NCBI GenBank assembly: GCA_036172245.1
Contig: JAYWIR010000021.1
Coordinates: 434,001-498,000 of the forward strand
DNA length: 64,000 bases
Source: Raillietiella orientalis
Lineage: Eukaryota
Direction: 5' to 3'
Below the pieces are notes generated by a model. That model did no database searches and was not told the DNA's origin. It saw only the letters and a list, made by a program, of their open reading frames with translations. The position numbers and the translations under genes were made by a program. This document shows positions 13,987 to 28,104 of this stretch, piece by piece. Position 1 is the stretch's first letter. The number at the start of each line of letters is the position of its first letter.

Positions 13987-14098
13987 AACAAGATTGTATC
14001 GTTGCATATCTGTGTGGTTACTTGTAAATACTAAGTTGTGTACCACCCGTGGCGTTTGTTACTATTTGTGGTAAATATCCTGTAGTGGTATTATAAAA

Positions 14099-15294
14099 AT
14101 GTTGATGCCAAAGGATAACCGTGTTGCTATTTATGAATACCTTTTTAAAGAAGGTGTTATGGTAGCCGAGAAAAATTTTCACTTGCCTAAACATCCAGAA
14201 TTAGACGTTCCAAATCTACAAGTAATAAAGACTTTGCAGGTACGGTTATATTGCATTCTTTTAACATATGTAGTGTACTTAATTATTTTGCTGTTGCTGG
14301 CATGGTTTATGGTACATACATCACGGGAAAGTATGCAAAAAACAGTCTTTTAGACAAAACAGAGGAATCAAATTGAGACTAGAAAAGTTTGATTTAGGCA
14401 CATGCATAGTCGTCTGATTGAAATTCGTTTCGTGTGTGATTAATTTTGGATTTGAAAATAAGTTCCTTTATTTGTAAAGTTTATAAATTGTTTTGGAGCA
14501 TCATAAAAAGGTAGCGTAAAATTGTAATTGTACTCATTTTGTCACATGATAAGAAGTATTGCGTGTTGATCAGGTATGCTAAAAGCAGATGTGCAATTAA
14601 AATATGTTCATGAGATCGAGATTCCACTGCTATGCGTTTGTCATTTTGAAATTCAGCTGAAATTTCGTATTTTTTGGCATATTGTATTTGCCTTGCAGTT
14701 ACGCATGTTTATACGTTGTTTTCTTGGTTACATAATTGTACTAAAGTGACTTTGTATGATCTCATTAATCATGTAGGCGAAGTCGCTTATAAGAGCTTTT
14801 TTTGGGAGACAATGTGAAATTTTTGTAATGCTAATGTTTAGTGGTATGCTATTGACCTTACAGTAATGCTTTATGTTCTAGTCTTTGAAATCCATGGGAT
14901 ATGTTCAGGAGCAATTTTCATGGCGTCATTACTACTGGTACTTAACAAATGAAGGCATTCAGTACTTACGTGATTTTCTCCATCTTCCTCCAGAGGTATA
15001 AGGAACTTATAAGTGTAATTTTTCATAGATAGTAGATTGTTCCTGCTACATTGAAACGGCAAGCTAAAATTGATCCCGCTCGAACCAGAACATCTGGAAT
15101 GGGAAAACCAGATTCATTTTTCAAGAGTGTTGATGATAGAACTGGTTATCGTCGGTCAGTTGGTTCAACACTGGATAAGAAGAGTGAAGCTGGTCTTGGT
15201 GCAGCATCACTAGAATTTGTGGGTACATATTGCGATAATCTTTTAAGCAAAAAATTTTCAGAGAGGGGGTTTTGGAAGAGGTCGTCCACTGTAA
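14099..15294 (+). CDS. RPS10: 40S ribosomal protein S10; exons 14099-14239, 14882-14995, 15036-15218, 15262-15294
   Basis: [23 protein letters not shown]...[36 protein letters not shown]...EF|RGGFGRG; introns of 642, 40 and 43 nt; AATAAA just after the stop. Confidence 0.96.
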
Positions 15295-18200
15295 AAACCA
15301 TTCAAAATAAAAAAAATAAAAATAAAAAAATTCAAATGTGCATCATTTCTAGTCGCATTGTTGGTATTTTTAGTTTTGTTGATTTGCATATGCAGGTGCA
15401 TAGACTTAACACATGTGTATTTGTATTTTATGTGGATAGAATTTTTCAAAATACTCTATGCATTATTGATCTGCGTTGCAATCAGCTCCATCCAGCTTAG
15501 TCTGCCTAGCCCTCTTGATTTGGGATTAGCATTTTGCATACTTCAGTACTGCTATACTAAGTTACTGCTATTGTGGGTTTACACAAGGCACTATTATGTC
15601 TACCATGTTTCTTGCAATTATGACAGAAGTGGCACTTTGTTTAGATTGAACTTAAGTGTGGCATGTCCTAGCAAGCTTCAGTTACAGCCTTTTTAAGGAA
15701 GCTTGTAAGTGAATACCTAAAAGTAATTTGTGTTTACATCAATTTATATTTCTGAGAAATAAGTGATGTATAAGTTATCAGGATTTATTAATGTGTTCTT
15801 TGTTGGTTTTTGTTGTATATTTTCCTTCATAGTAATTCAATAAGTTTTAAGGAAAAATACTGTCTGTAATTATAGTGCATTGGTGATTTGACATTTGATG
15901 ATGACAGATTAATAGGAATGTAAAAGCATAATACACTGAACTAAGGAATTATACTGAATTTAACTGTAATTAGAAATTAGGCAGGTTCCTTTGTTCACTT
16001 ACTATGCACAGAATATTGGAATTTATTTAGCTAATGATCATCATGAGACATTCAGTGCACTTTTTTTTACAGAAGAAAAAACTTTGCATGTGCCTTTTTA
16101 GTTGGAAATTTCACATTGGAATTCCTCTTGGATGCTTCAAGAGGAACTTTGTTGGTTTGATGGTTTGAGTTTTCATGTCTTACGTTGATGTTTCTGAAAT
16201 TATTTCAAGAAAAGGAAATTTTCAGCTCTAATTAAGAGTGCACATATTCAATAATATGCCTGTTGTGCTAAATAATGAAGTTTTACAACAAAACTGTAAC
16301 AAATATCAATCAATCGAATCACTCAGTGAAATACCTCCAAATGATCATTCTGAACTTGAGGTTTAAAATCATGTACTTCTGTGTTTCATGTTTAATTTTG
16401 ATGTGGGCTTGAGTTTTCTGGTTCATAAGAATGGATTGGAATTATTCATCATCAATTCAAACTTGCTTTTCTCTCTTGAGTTTCACGTAATTCTGCATAT
16501 ATTGGAATAAGGGGTCAATGTGTGAATTCGGTTTTTTAATTCTGATTTTTTTTTTAAATTTCAACAAGCAGTGCTGCATTTGTCTTGGATTTCTTAATAT
16601 GTACCTTATTTTAACTTTTGTAACTAAATTCATTTAAAGTGACATAGTAAGTGTTTCCAGCAAAATTTTTTTCATGCAGTAAGAGTGATCATGATTTATT
16701 CAAAGAGTAAGCATGAATGAGTTATTGCTAGATTTTCCCTCTATTGCGAATTTGTTTTCAGCTTTGTTTTGTGAATATGAAATCAGCTGCATTTTCACTT
16801 ATTCACCCAAGCTAGGGGTTTTCATTAAGTACATACAAAAGTCTTGCTTTGTGTTCCTGTCAAATTTGTTTGACCAGTATACCATTCAGAAAAAATTGTG
16901 AAGTGATTACCTTCCCTTCTGACTCTAATCACTGCAAATAAAAATTCAAGATGGTAAAGTACTGGATTTTGTGTATTAAGTTTGAATCAGTGCCACAGTG
17001 GTGCATCTTAGTGCAGATAACCATCCAAATTCTCTGTGTGGAAATTTTTATCTGCTCTCAGTGCTCTTATACCTAACTTCATCTTAATTTCCTAATTTTT
17101 TAACTATTCCTTGAATTGTTTTTTGTGCATTTTTTTTTTTTTTTTTTTCCAGGACTCAGGTTTATTATGTGAGAGTCATTCAGTTATCTCATAGTTTTGG
17201 CAAAATGGATGTTAATTCTTGCTTGCTGAATCTGTCAAAGCTCTTTTTCTTTTTCTTGTTTTTCTCTCTCTCGTTTTTTTGATTTAAAATTTAATTTAGA
17301 GTATCCATCCACACATTCTTTGAACTGAAACCTTGACAGCAGTACTTGGGACTTAATGCATGGAGTTACTGCGTTTGCAGCATTCATCATAAAGGAAACT
17401 GTTTATTCTCCTGATTCTGCATCATCCAGTTAATTCGAACATTATCTAAGCCCTGCATTGGTTTTCCTTCCAGATTTTTGTATCATGAAAGCTTCATGCA
17501 CAGATTGCTTCAATCAGTGCCCAGTATTCAAACAGCTATCTGTCTCTTTAGTTAAAGACATTCGTGGAAACATTGGTTTCAGCCGCGAGCATGTTTTATT
17601 TTGTTTGTTTGTTTCTCCATTCCAAAAATAGGGGAAATTGAGTGTTTTCTCCGGGATGGGGATCGTTGTTGCCACAAGTTCTTTCCTGCTGATCGTTGGC
17701 GTATTCAAGACATGTAGGAGGGCATGCTAGGATGTTGTGATCCAATGCTCTTTGTTTTAAACAGCATATTTGGCTTATGTGAATTTTGTGAACTCAGTCC
17801 GTCGGTTCCCAGATTGTTCATAAGATTCGACCTTCATACGTACCTCTTTGATGCCAGCGCTTTTTGTTGAGACAAAGCAGCTGTTCTTCCCTCAGTGGGC
17901 TTCAGCTTGCAGCTTTTTCCTGGATCGTAACTCTGAAAAGCTTTGAGGCAGTTATCTAAGATCGCAAACCAACTGTCGAGGAAATTCTCAGTCAGCGAAA
18001 GAGCTTGGCCAACCCTCATTCAGAATACTGGGTAAGAACTCCAGAGCGAGTGCTCCTATCATACAGGAAGAGCAGGAAAATCGTGTTACAGACTACCACT
18101 GTGTTGGATGCCATTTCGGCTCGAATGCAAGAAACTGCGAAAGGACTTCATCCTGATAAGTGGAACATGGCCTTGAGAACTGCTGACTTTGTGGACACAT

Positions 18201-19184
18201 CGATGACCATGCCGCCCTATCGACTTCTGAAGCGAAGAATGTTTCTTCGGTTTTGCTCGTAGAAGCACCCAGCTGTGTTTAATGAGCACCCGCCATTCGT
18301 GCAGCGTTGGATAAGACTGCCGTTCCCCAGCAGCCCCAATTATTCCCCTTTCAAAAGAGTGACAGCATGCCACGGTGTTGCAGACTGACACTTTCTGCTC
18401 TATGGGCTTCGAAATGAAAATTGAGTTACTCCTTTGAACAGCATGACGTCACTTTTTATGCCTCAGACATCCGGACGTTTTTCCCGGTTGGCGGAACAAA
18501 GCGTGGAAAGAAGACGGCGGCTTTAAGTTTAGAATGGGGAACAAGACAAGGCGAAACGAAACACGAATCACACACTCTTTGAACCTTTAGGAGTGTTTAG
18601 GAATGTTTCCCCTGTCGACGATCATCGCGAGTCACCTTCGTTTTTCAAAGATCTGTTGTAAATGGCGAAATGCAATTCCCCCCTTCAGCAAGGTCTACAT
18701 GAAGCACATTTGCGATTGCATGTCGGAGACCCGGTGAGTCCGATTTCCCGGGCGAAGAAGTCTCCAAGAAGCAAGTCTCCGCGGAGACGCCTTGACGACA
18801 TGAAGGCAAACGTGCAGCAGCATCCAGTCCGTGCAAAGCTTTCCATCCTTGGACCAAACCTGATGTAAGAAACCTTCCAGAAGTGTAGTATAAGATATTC
18901 AACCTATGGCACTCCATGAAAATCACAAATGTATGTATCAGCTTAATCGCAAAAGGTGACGCACAAGCACATTATTTCACATGCAGGCAAAAGAGCGTCA
19001 GAAGACGGATGTGAAGATGGAGGAGGATCACTCCTCTCCAACTCCGTCCGGGCTTTGTGGCCGGAATAGGAGAATCAGAATCTCCAGGGACGGAAACACT
19101 TTGCTGCGATCTGAACTCCCTAGGAACGGTGCCAAAAGTGTCTTTATCTTGGTCAAGTTGCCTGCCTAGCTTCTACCTTGCAAA

Positions 19185-20100
19185 ATGAGTAGGTCATATT
19201 GTGCTGAACTTGGCTTGCGGCGCCTTGGTCGCTATGCCCTGCTGCAAGTCCCATCCTGCAGAAGTTTGCAGAACCTTGCGTGGAAATGCAAGCAAGTGGC
19301 TCGAATGCAGAAAAGGAAAAAGTATGCACTCAGGAGTTCCTTTGATGTCAAAAGGATTTATCTCAGGTACGCCTGCATTGCTCCCCTTCGGAAGGAGGAG
19401 CGAGTTTCGAAACGAGCCCCAAACTGGGAGGACTCTTCGTCAGACACCATATTCCTGCGGTGCCTGACGAAAAGTTCGTGTGGTGTGTGCGTTTCGTTTG
19501 CAGTTTGAAGCCATCGGTGACAGTCCTTTAAGCACCGCTGATGAATCCTTTTTTTCTTTCGGAACACAGCGTTTGAAAGCGAGAAAAACAGGGGAGGGAA
19601 CATTTTCGAGATGGCGAAAGAGCATTCTCTTTTTCATTTACAGGATGGAGGCCTGCGTCCAGCTGGTCGCAGTTGTTTGCTCCAGCATCCCAAGTTCGTA
19701 GGATTTCTGTCCTTGAAAGCTAATGGCCCCTCTTTGGCCATCGCACTGCTCGGCCGTCTGGAGAATTTCAGTACTCTACCTTCAAGAAGAGCCGAAGGCG
19801 TGTCCTGCAAAAAAGCCTGCTGTTAGAAGGCATTTCAGAAATGTCTTCTGCACTATATTTCGGAAATACACGGAACAAAAAAAAAAAGAAAAGAGCAGCG
19901 AGGGCTTCGGAAGATACTTCAGTACGTCACTGCTGCCAAGCGGAGCCCTCGAATAATGGATTCTTCAGTTCATGAAATTCTGTCCTGTCGAAGACAACTG
20001 GAATTTCTGACATGGCACACCTAAAGATCGCCGCGTTTGAACGGGGAGCTCTCCTCCGTTTTTTAGGAGCTGGTGCTGGTAAATCTGAGGTTTCTCTCCT
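19185..20100 (+). mobile_element. Decayed Merlin/IS1595-like transposase relic
   Basis: Motifs in order across frames: LAWKCK/CRKGKSMHSG (Zn-ribbon region), DTIF..SCGVC, AIGDSPLSTADESFF..ARKTGEG..LFFIYR..LVAV (cf. IGG..VEIDES.F..KRKYNRG..WVFG..LV.V). Confidence 0.6.
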
Positions 20101-22229
20101 TTTTGCCTTTTTTCCGGAAAGGAGTACGCGAAAAGTCGTGGGAATTCGCTGCCGCATCAGTGAAAACGCATCGGACAGTTAAGGAATCATTCTTAAAGTG
20201 GAATGCCGTCCATTTATGAAATTTTTTCAACACCCTATCCTAATTTTCCGCAGGCGTGGCTTGTCTCGCCCTTGTCAAGCAATTTTGCAGAGGGTGTTTT
20301 TACTTCCCCCCCCCCCACACACACACACACACCCACACACGCATTTGCTTCAGAGTTTCGCGTTTCTTCTTGTGCAACTGCGCGGTACCGAATTCATCTG
20401 AGCGTGAGGTTTTCCTCGCAGTTCAGCATCCCTTTCCAAATCTTAGGTACGCAACCCCCCGTCATAACTATGAGGAAGAACTTCAGCTTATTCCATTCCA
20501 CGGGTGCTTATAGAATCAACGTGCTCTGTTTTTCGCTCCAGCTTCCTGCCAAGGCAGCCCTCTTCAAACTCCCGTTGACGTGCCTGAGATACTTGCATAG
20601 TGTGCTTTCGCGTGCGAGGCGGACACTCTGAGATATGCGAAAACACTCCCAGGGCGTTGGCGCATGACTGCGGTTAGCCCTACAATCCCAGGAACGAAAT
20701 GTGGGGGTTCAGCTCGAGTGTTAATGTGGGTCGCGATGAGTAATACGGATGCTCTCTTCCTTTCAAGTGATCAGAGCGGTGAGCAGCTGCAAATCGGAAG
20801 GGCCGAGGTGTCTGTGGAAAGCACACACCTCCCAATAGCTTGAAATGTGATGTGCTGAAAACTCCTCCGAAACTCGTTTTCCCGGTTCGTCTCGAGGAGG
20901 GGAGGCGGGGAGGGGGAGGAAGAGAGAAGAGGAGGAGGGCGGGGGGGGGGATGGGAAACTCAGTCGAAGGAAGATGCCATCTTTCCACTCGGGGACGAGC
21001 TGGATTTTTTTTTTTTTTTTTTCCCCCTCAACGTCGAGCGATGTGAAATTGTGGAAATCGTGGCGCCGGAATGACTGAGTACATTGCAGGGAGACTTTGG
21101 GGAGAACCCATCACAAGTTCTCACAATGTAAGCAGCATTACGCTTTCTGCAATACATATAAATGACTACATGTACGGTGCAACTATGTGGAAATGTTAGA
21201 TTGCAGCAAAGCCGACCGAGACCGAGTGCATGCAAGCAAGGGTGTTGCAAGTGTCGAACGGAGACACAGACTCGTAAAGATGAAACGGTAAAGGAATGTT
21301 TTTCAAGAGACCACGAAATCCACGCATGGGACGTTGGATGCACATGTGGACCTACATGGTTTTGCATGGATTGCAAGAGGGTCCAAACTGAGAGAGAAGT
21401 ACGAGGAACGGGATGCATGAAAAGTGAAACCAACCGAAGAACTGCTTCCTCTCCACGAAGTCGGCTATCGAGCCACAAAAGTCCCACATTCAGAGTCGGG
21501 ATGGAGCCCTGAGATGAAAGGCTGAAGGGGAAAACTCACTCCCGAAAAAGGCGACCGGAATGCTTCCCCCCAACGGCGGAACGTGCAAAGGTTACGCGTG
21601 CGGCCGTCCCACCGGAGATCCAACCAACTGAAAGTGGACGCGCCTCGGATGGGAGCGAGGTTTCAATCCACGCTCGTCGTCACCAGAGGGGTTCCGTCAA
21701 GTTTTTCGAGAATTATGGAAAAATTGTGGAATCTTGCGCTCGTTCGGAATGAACGACGGTCATCGGATCGGCGGTTTCGTCAGGGGAAAACCCACGGAAG
21801 GTAATGACGATGGACGGAAATGCCTCGGCAGCATGCGGATTACTCCTCGCGGCTGAGATCTTATCGGATTGCACGGCTCCCGCAGGAGTGTCCACGGTTT
21901 CCGATTTTCAAATCGTGTGAGCCGTCATTGCCTGCTCCTTGCTGCAACTCTCTCCGAGCTCTCTAGGGGGGAAAAATGGCCCGGAATCCGGGGCATTTTT
22001 TGGGTGCCAAGCATTCTCAAACGGTAGATGGGGCAACTCGCCTGACTGCCGAACCCCATCTTGCTGCGCAGATGCTGCCTCCGCCTGCCAGCCTGCCGTG
22101 TCGGAGAGTACCCCGCCGTGGATGCTTTTTGCTCCCGGAGTTCTGCTTTCCCTGCAGTTACCTTTCTCATTCATCCCGGACAGCAGCCCGAGGGCGAACC
22201 TTTTCCCCCTTATTCACGTGTCCAAGGTC

Positions 22230-23250
22230 CCAGCCAGCATTCAGCACAGGAAATGCCACTGAACCCGATGGCAGATGCCTATCAGTCAATATTTATCTAC
22301 TAAGCATTCGCAGGTGTCAAAGGAATTTCCTTCTTGCAAAAGGAACTCTCGAGCGTTCGCCACTCCACCGAATGAGAATCGCTATATTGATTTTTCCCAT
22401 CCGCTTATCATCCAAGCTGTCGGTCGTGTGGGTAACGCGGAAAATGATTGTGGTATTCCGTATTTCATCAGCAAAGATTCTTCACGCCGAGAATTGTGCA
22501 ACAGACCTGGATGCTCCGAGTTATCCCCCTCGGGAATCTTCGTGCATCGTACAAAGCGGTCAACACCGCGTCAGATTCCATACGGTAGCGAAGAACAGTT
22601 GGGCTGTCAAGTGCAGCCTGAAGGTTATCTCGCAGATTCAGCGGAAGGTGCAAAAGAGGGGGGACGCGAGCTGCGGGCACCGCTGCTGAATCGAATGGTC
22701 CAAAACCGGAGAAATCTGGCCGCCGGCACGCGGCTGTGGAATCCACAACGTGGCATGCATTGAGCTCCTCTTCAGCCGCACGGTCTTTTGCATATCGAGA
22801 GGTGAAGCAGACGTCGTCCTTGCCGAATTACTTGCACACGCGAAAGGAAAACATTTGTTTCCTCTCCCAACGAGGCAGGTTCCACGCAGAATCGCATAGC
22901 GTCGTAAGCGGACACTCTGGCTGCTCTGAAGAGATTCCCAACAGGAAGGACACCGGCGCGAACTTCTCTTCGTTGGGCTGAGCCCGAGATCTGCCTCGAG
23001 GCGCACGAAAGTCATGCTGCCTCCTCCTGGGTCAAGGGACGAAGCGGTCGTCGATAAACCGCAGCATGAAATTCGTGCGTGCCATCAGGCAGTTTGGAGG
23101 ATGGCAAAACCACACCGGTAACCGTCCAACCACATTTCCTCTACCTGTCCACACACACCAATCCGTCCATGCAAGAGAAGGTCGTGCGCAGTCGGAACCC
23201 TTGTCGCCTTGAGCACTCGTGTGGTAACGGCTCCGTTCAGTTGTCTCCTC
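22230..23250 (+). mobile_element. Decayed Merlin/IS1595-like transposase relic
   Basis: PDGRC..RCQRNFLLAKGTLERSPL..IAILIF (cf. C....SIRKGTFFE.S.L...ILLI), later RSFAY and KDTGAN. Confidence 0.4.
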
Positions 23251-24519
23251 AGGTCAGGTCATGAGCAAGGATAAAGGAGTGATCGCTCCAATGAGGGTTT
23301 GGCCCTTTTCAGCTTTCAACAGGATGGACGATTCGCTTGAGAGTTTTGCCTTCTCACGCTGCCAACCAGAAAACTGGCAGCGAGGTCAAGTTCCATAGTG
23401 GGGCACCCGACCACGGGCGAGTTCACCGCCCAGCCCCGAACGACGAGATGCACCGGACGAGAGCTCTTCGCACTATTCTTCATCCGTTCTGGATGCCCCC
23501 CTCGACGGCTTGCCTCTCCCTCCGGGAAGCTCCCTTCAGAGAAACTGGGAAGCGCACCTCAGGGGCTCTCCCCGGAGCAGGAATTTCAGGAGCGGATCCT
23601 TTCCGGGTTCCCTTCGCAGAAGAAGCAAGGAGCGACTCCCACAAACCGGGAGGTCCCACCGGAGAGAATGAGGGCGAGGATTCCCTTACAAGCGTAAGAG
23701 GAACGGACGACACCCTCCTCCTCTGGAGTTTTCCTGGATTCATAGGGTGGTTTCCTCCCGGGACAGCACCTCTAACTTGGGGAACAGTTGCACTCACCCT
23801 CGGGTGACGTGGACAGCGTCCCCCCTAAGGTGGAGGCGACGGGTTCTCCAGGACTCCTTGAGAACCAAACAAGAAAACTTGAAAGAAAAAAAAAAAAAGG
23901 CCGGAAGGAAAGCAGCGGAACCCGAGGAGCCCGAGGGGATTTCGATCATCGACGTCATGCTGAACGCTCAACCTTCCCGGGAGCCTCTTAGAGGACCGGA
24001 AAAGCCTCGCGGCGCTGTCGGAACCCTGGAGACGCAGGAGTTCGACCCTGGAGTCGAAGAGATGGGATCCAGCAGCTGCAGCTCCCTTCCCCCGGCTCGA
24101 TCAGGCATTCCCGACTCCCGTCCGGTGACCGCCGGAAAGGGAGCGGCCTTGACTTTCGAGTTGCACGGTGAGGGGCGCAGAGTCTCCGACAAAGAAGCTC
24201 CTCGATTGCTGACTGCTGCACCGGACCGCGCCTGGACTGCCTGTTGCGTACAAGCGCAGCATGCACGCTTTCCGTTCCCGAATGACCCCCTCGCCGCGTT
24301 CCAGACAACCGAGAAGAGCGGCCGCGTGGCAGCGGCCGCTCTCCTCTCCACGAGGAAGCCCAGGGCGTTTCCCTCGTGGGAGGACGCGTCTGCCCGGGCC
24401 AACAACTCACGCAGTCCAGTCAACCCATTGGCTACTTCTTCGTCTGCAAGGGCACTTTTCTCTCTCCCTCCTATCGATTATTTTCCCAGTTCATGATCCG
24501 AGGGTCCCCCCCCCCCCCT

Positions 24520-25330
24520 CTATTTGTGTGTGTGCTTTTTTACGGTCAAGACAGCGACCAGCGTTACGATGTGACGGAGCATCCACAGATGAAACCGACA
24601 CACCCCATCTCGGCAGAGAAAATCGCGTCCACAGGCCTCCCCCATCCGCTTCCTGAGAAGATCCACCCACCTTGATCTCGGCAGCAGCAGGCCGGGGCCG
24701 ACTTCGAAATTTGCAAGCGCCGTTTTCCCCCCGCCGGAGCAAAGCCGCAAGGAAGGAATGAGATCTTTCGCTTCATTGCAAGCCACGAAATGCGTTTCCA
24801 TGGCTACTTCGGCCATCAGAGCATCGGCGGTTGCTACATCCAGATCCATCCATTTATCCTGCAGGCGACCAACCGCCCACGTTTTTTCCAAGACTCCTTT
24901 TTATTTTGAAGTGTTCGTTGAAAATTGAAATTCGCATCAGAAATCGCTCCAAGCCTTCCGGCAGTGGAAGGACCCTCCACAATAAGCACACCATACACTA
25001 AGTGTAATTTGTTTTGCTCCCATGCGTGCAAAAACCTTGTTCTTTCTTGATGACCTTTACGTTCGTGCAGGGCGCGTCGCGATGACATCAGAGACAAACT
25101 CGAGGTAAACCCGTTGAGTGGAAGCTGTGCGGCACAGCAAATCTCGTCTGCTGTTTGTCACATGCCATCTGCCTGCATGTCGGCCTCCGAACATCCCGTG
25201 CCTTCTGCGTCTTTCCCGGTCCAGGCTGCTCGATCCGAGTCGACCTTCGCGGGGTCCGCCCTGAGCTCGGCGAAACCGTTCCAGACGCAGGAGGCACGGG
25301 GAAGAAGATCTTCCTCATTGATTCCATCCG
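24520..25330 (-). mobile_element. Decayed Merlin/IS1595-like transposase relic
   Basis: RRPTCRQM..TRF, KKRGRLV..GWIWM (cf. YNRGR.V..WVFG), DVATADALMAEV, KDLIPS. Confidence 0.45.
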
Positions 25331-25499
25331 TGTGACCTCCTCCTCCTCCTCGCTCGTATCGGAGCATCCGCTCCGATGTCGCCCGCCTCCGTGTCTTGCG
25401 CAAGAGGAGACTGTTGGTCACTTTAGATCGCTGCACGAAGGGCGTCCAACCCTATAGAGAGATATTTCGTTTCTGTAAATCCCTGCGGAAATTCCTTCT

Positions 25500-26030
25500 T
25501 CATTCTCGCTGGTGCGAGAAATGACTTCATTTCCGTTTTGCCGCCTCTCCGTTTTCAGACGGGAAAAGCTCATAGCAGTTTCTGGAGGCGGCTCCGCGTA
25601 CGACAGATTTCGCCAGCTGCTGGGCAATGAATCAAATCCCAGGAACTTGGAAATTATTAGGGAGCATTTCGAACCTGCTGGTATTCTGGTTGATCGATAT
25701 ATCCCTCGAAATAATTGCACCTCACCACAACTCCAAGGAGACTGCGCGCGCAGCTTCCTTTACTGGCATCAATCTTTAAAAATGCCCCTTTCTCCGTTGT
25801 GCTCATCTGCCTTGTCCATCCGTCGCAGATGGGACTTTAGCCAGCAACTCACCACTTGGTCCAATTTTCCACCCTTCCGAGAGAGCAGTCTTCAACACCG
25901 TTTTTCTTTTTTCCTCAGAAAGTCCAAAGTGTACATTATCCGGAGTATACGCACTAGCAGATCAGCTGAGCTTCAAGAGTACAGAATGTCCTTACGAAAA
26001 CTCAGCGGCGCTCTTCTTTCTATAGAGTGA
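25500..26030 (+). mobile_element. Decayed Merlin/IS1595-like transposase relic (C-terminal half)
   Basis: RNLEIIREHFEPAGILVD (cf. TLLPIIREHI.PG.II.SD). Confidence 0.45.
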
Positions 26031-27378
26031 GCAGTTGTGTGCTATTCATTATCTGACGAGTACCTACGCGCCACATGGGGGGGGGGGCTCACCCCCGACT
26101 TTGCCGTGTTTCCACTCTTGCTTTGGCGTACTCGTCATTGCCGTTCCCCATCTCTGTATCCATACATCTGTTTTCGCAATGTATTGATGATGTGATGTCC
26201 CTTGCGTGAGATTCTTCATGAAGTTCATCGGCTGCTCCGGAAGTGAACCACATTCGGTTTCCAGAACTGAATCGGTCTCGGCAGTCTTGGACCGCTTCGT
26301 AGTCTTCTTTCTCAAGAGGCATCTTTCAGGAGGAATCCGTTTTCAATTAATTAGAGGGCTGTTTCAGTATTTCCCTGTGAGTGAATTGGCGGTTGCATCA
26401 CTGGACGGAGACGGGATGAAGATCACGTGACTTCATTAGCAGCGTCGCTCTGCTGGCATTGCAATAACGGCTTGTTACGGAATGCAGTCAAAACAACCAC
26501 GCCCTACCACTACTTAATGCGAAGCAGGAATAAGAAATGACGATCCAAGTGATTCTTTGCCATCGGATGGATTCCTTCTTCCGCTATTCCCTCTTCCGGA
26601 TCTTCTGCCATCTAGAATGGGAGAGGCGTTGTCTGCTGATCGAACTACGAGTCCCCTCCCAGCTTACTCTTTGGCTCTCCACCTGCCTGGAAGCTATAGG
26701 ATAGCAACGGAATTGGAGATCTTTCGCTTGTGATGCCTCCCATAGTGGTAACCACCCATCTAAAAAGATTGGCATATGGAGAAAAGAAAACGGAAGTGGA
26801 GAAATTGATCGTATGAAAGTGGAATCAAACGGTCGTCCGTGGACACGGCCAACTTTTCCCAGTTACTCGGAAGAAGTTTCCCGCATTCTACAAATCCTTA
26901 TTTCTTTTTTGATTGCCATCCAAGACGGATGCTGAATCCTGAATCACAAATCCTTCCGTGATTTGAATTGGACCCATTTTTTCCGAGTTGCCACTGGCCA
27001 TCGAAGTATGCAGTGAGGTGGGATGTTCAGAGATCCTCAAAACAACTCACCAAGGTTCTCACCGAGGTTCTAAAAAGCAACAGCAGCAACAAAAAAGAAA
27101 CGCACTATTTCTGCAAGCAGGGATTTGGACATGTGCTTTATTTCATCAAAAATCTTCAAGAAAAAAAAAAATCTATCATGAGAGTTTTACAAAGTTCATC
27201 AGCAGACATTTTTCGAATAGATATATATATATATATGTATATATATTTGGAGGTGGATGTGTCACATTTAGACCATAGTAGTGAGAAACCAGTGGAGAAC
27301 GGTGGAGAAAATTATCTGTGACTCAGGAAATCAACAACAGCAGCAACAACAGCAACAACAAAAAAAAAAACACGACCA

Positions 27379-28104
27379 TTAGATGGAAAAATGCAGTGCA
27401 CTGCTCAAGCAAGGTCTTCCACAATGGGAACGTAATTTATTGCGTAGATTTTCACAGCGTGTGATTGCGAGAACGAATGATGACACAGCAAATAAAGCAA
27501 ACGGTATGACGAAAGAAAACAGAACCAGGTTTTTCGCCTTCACAAGATCAAGATCTGTTATGACAAGCTGAGGATTGATCTGGCTGTAATAACACGGGAA
27601 CACCGATCCTTCGTTTTTTATCTGACTATATTTCTTTGACCACATGTTACAGTTAAATGAAGAGGTAGGATAAATACAACCTTTGACGTTGACCAGGAGC
27701 CTTGCCGATTCGACATCCCACGCGTAAGAAGGATCTTGCAAGGCGGTGGGATGCGCACTTTGATTCGTAACGTTTATGTGATAATTGACAAGAATGTGCA
27801 GGCACTCTATGATGTCTTTGGTGCACCCTTCTCTGCAAGAGCTCCACGAGCAGTTTGACATACCTTTGAAGTGCAATATTTGCATCACCCTGCACGTGAC
27901 AGGAACGTCCACGAATTCCGCAGAGATCACAGCGTGAGCAGGATCTATAACAAAGGGCACAAGAAACACAAATGCACTTATCGAAAAGATGGCACACAGC
28001 AAAAAGAACGAGACCACGTAGAATTTCAGCCAAGAGTAAAAATTCGGACAAATGGGCTCGTCTTCGTTGCAGGAAATGTCCACGTCTTCCTCTTCTGCCG
28101 ACAT
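27379..28104 (-). CDS. tipE: TipE-family voltage-gated sodium channel auxiliary subunit (single coding exon; start may lie upstream, ORF opens at 28278)
   Basis: TM1 AFVFLVPFVIDPA, NCSWSSCREGCTKD, LLVNVKGC, FPCYYSQ and a second TM segment near the C-terminus. Confidence 0.88.
   Translation of the reverse strand: MSAEEEDVDISCNEDEPICPNFYSWLKFYVVSFFLLCAIFSISAFVFLVPFVIDPAHAVISAEFVDVPVTCRVMQILHFKGMSNCSWSSCREGCTKDIIECLHILVNYHINVTNQSAHPTALQDPSYAWDVESARLLVNVKGCIYPTSSFNCNMWSKKYSQIKNEGSVFPCYYSQINPQLVITDLDLVKAKNLVLFSFVIPFALFAVSSFVLAITRCENLRNKLRSHCGRPCLSSALHFSI

Noticed and set aside
14240..14881. Intronic snoRNA in RPS10 intron 1
   Set aside because: A plausible host, but no convincing box C/D or H/ACA arrangement could be read by eye; needs snoscan/cmscan.
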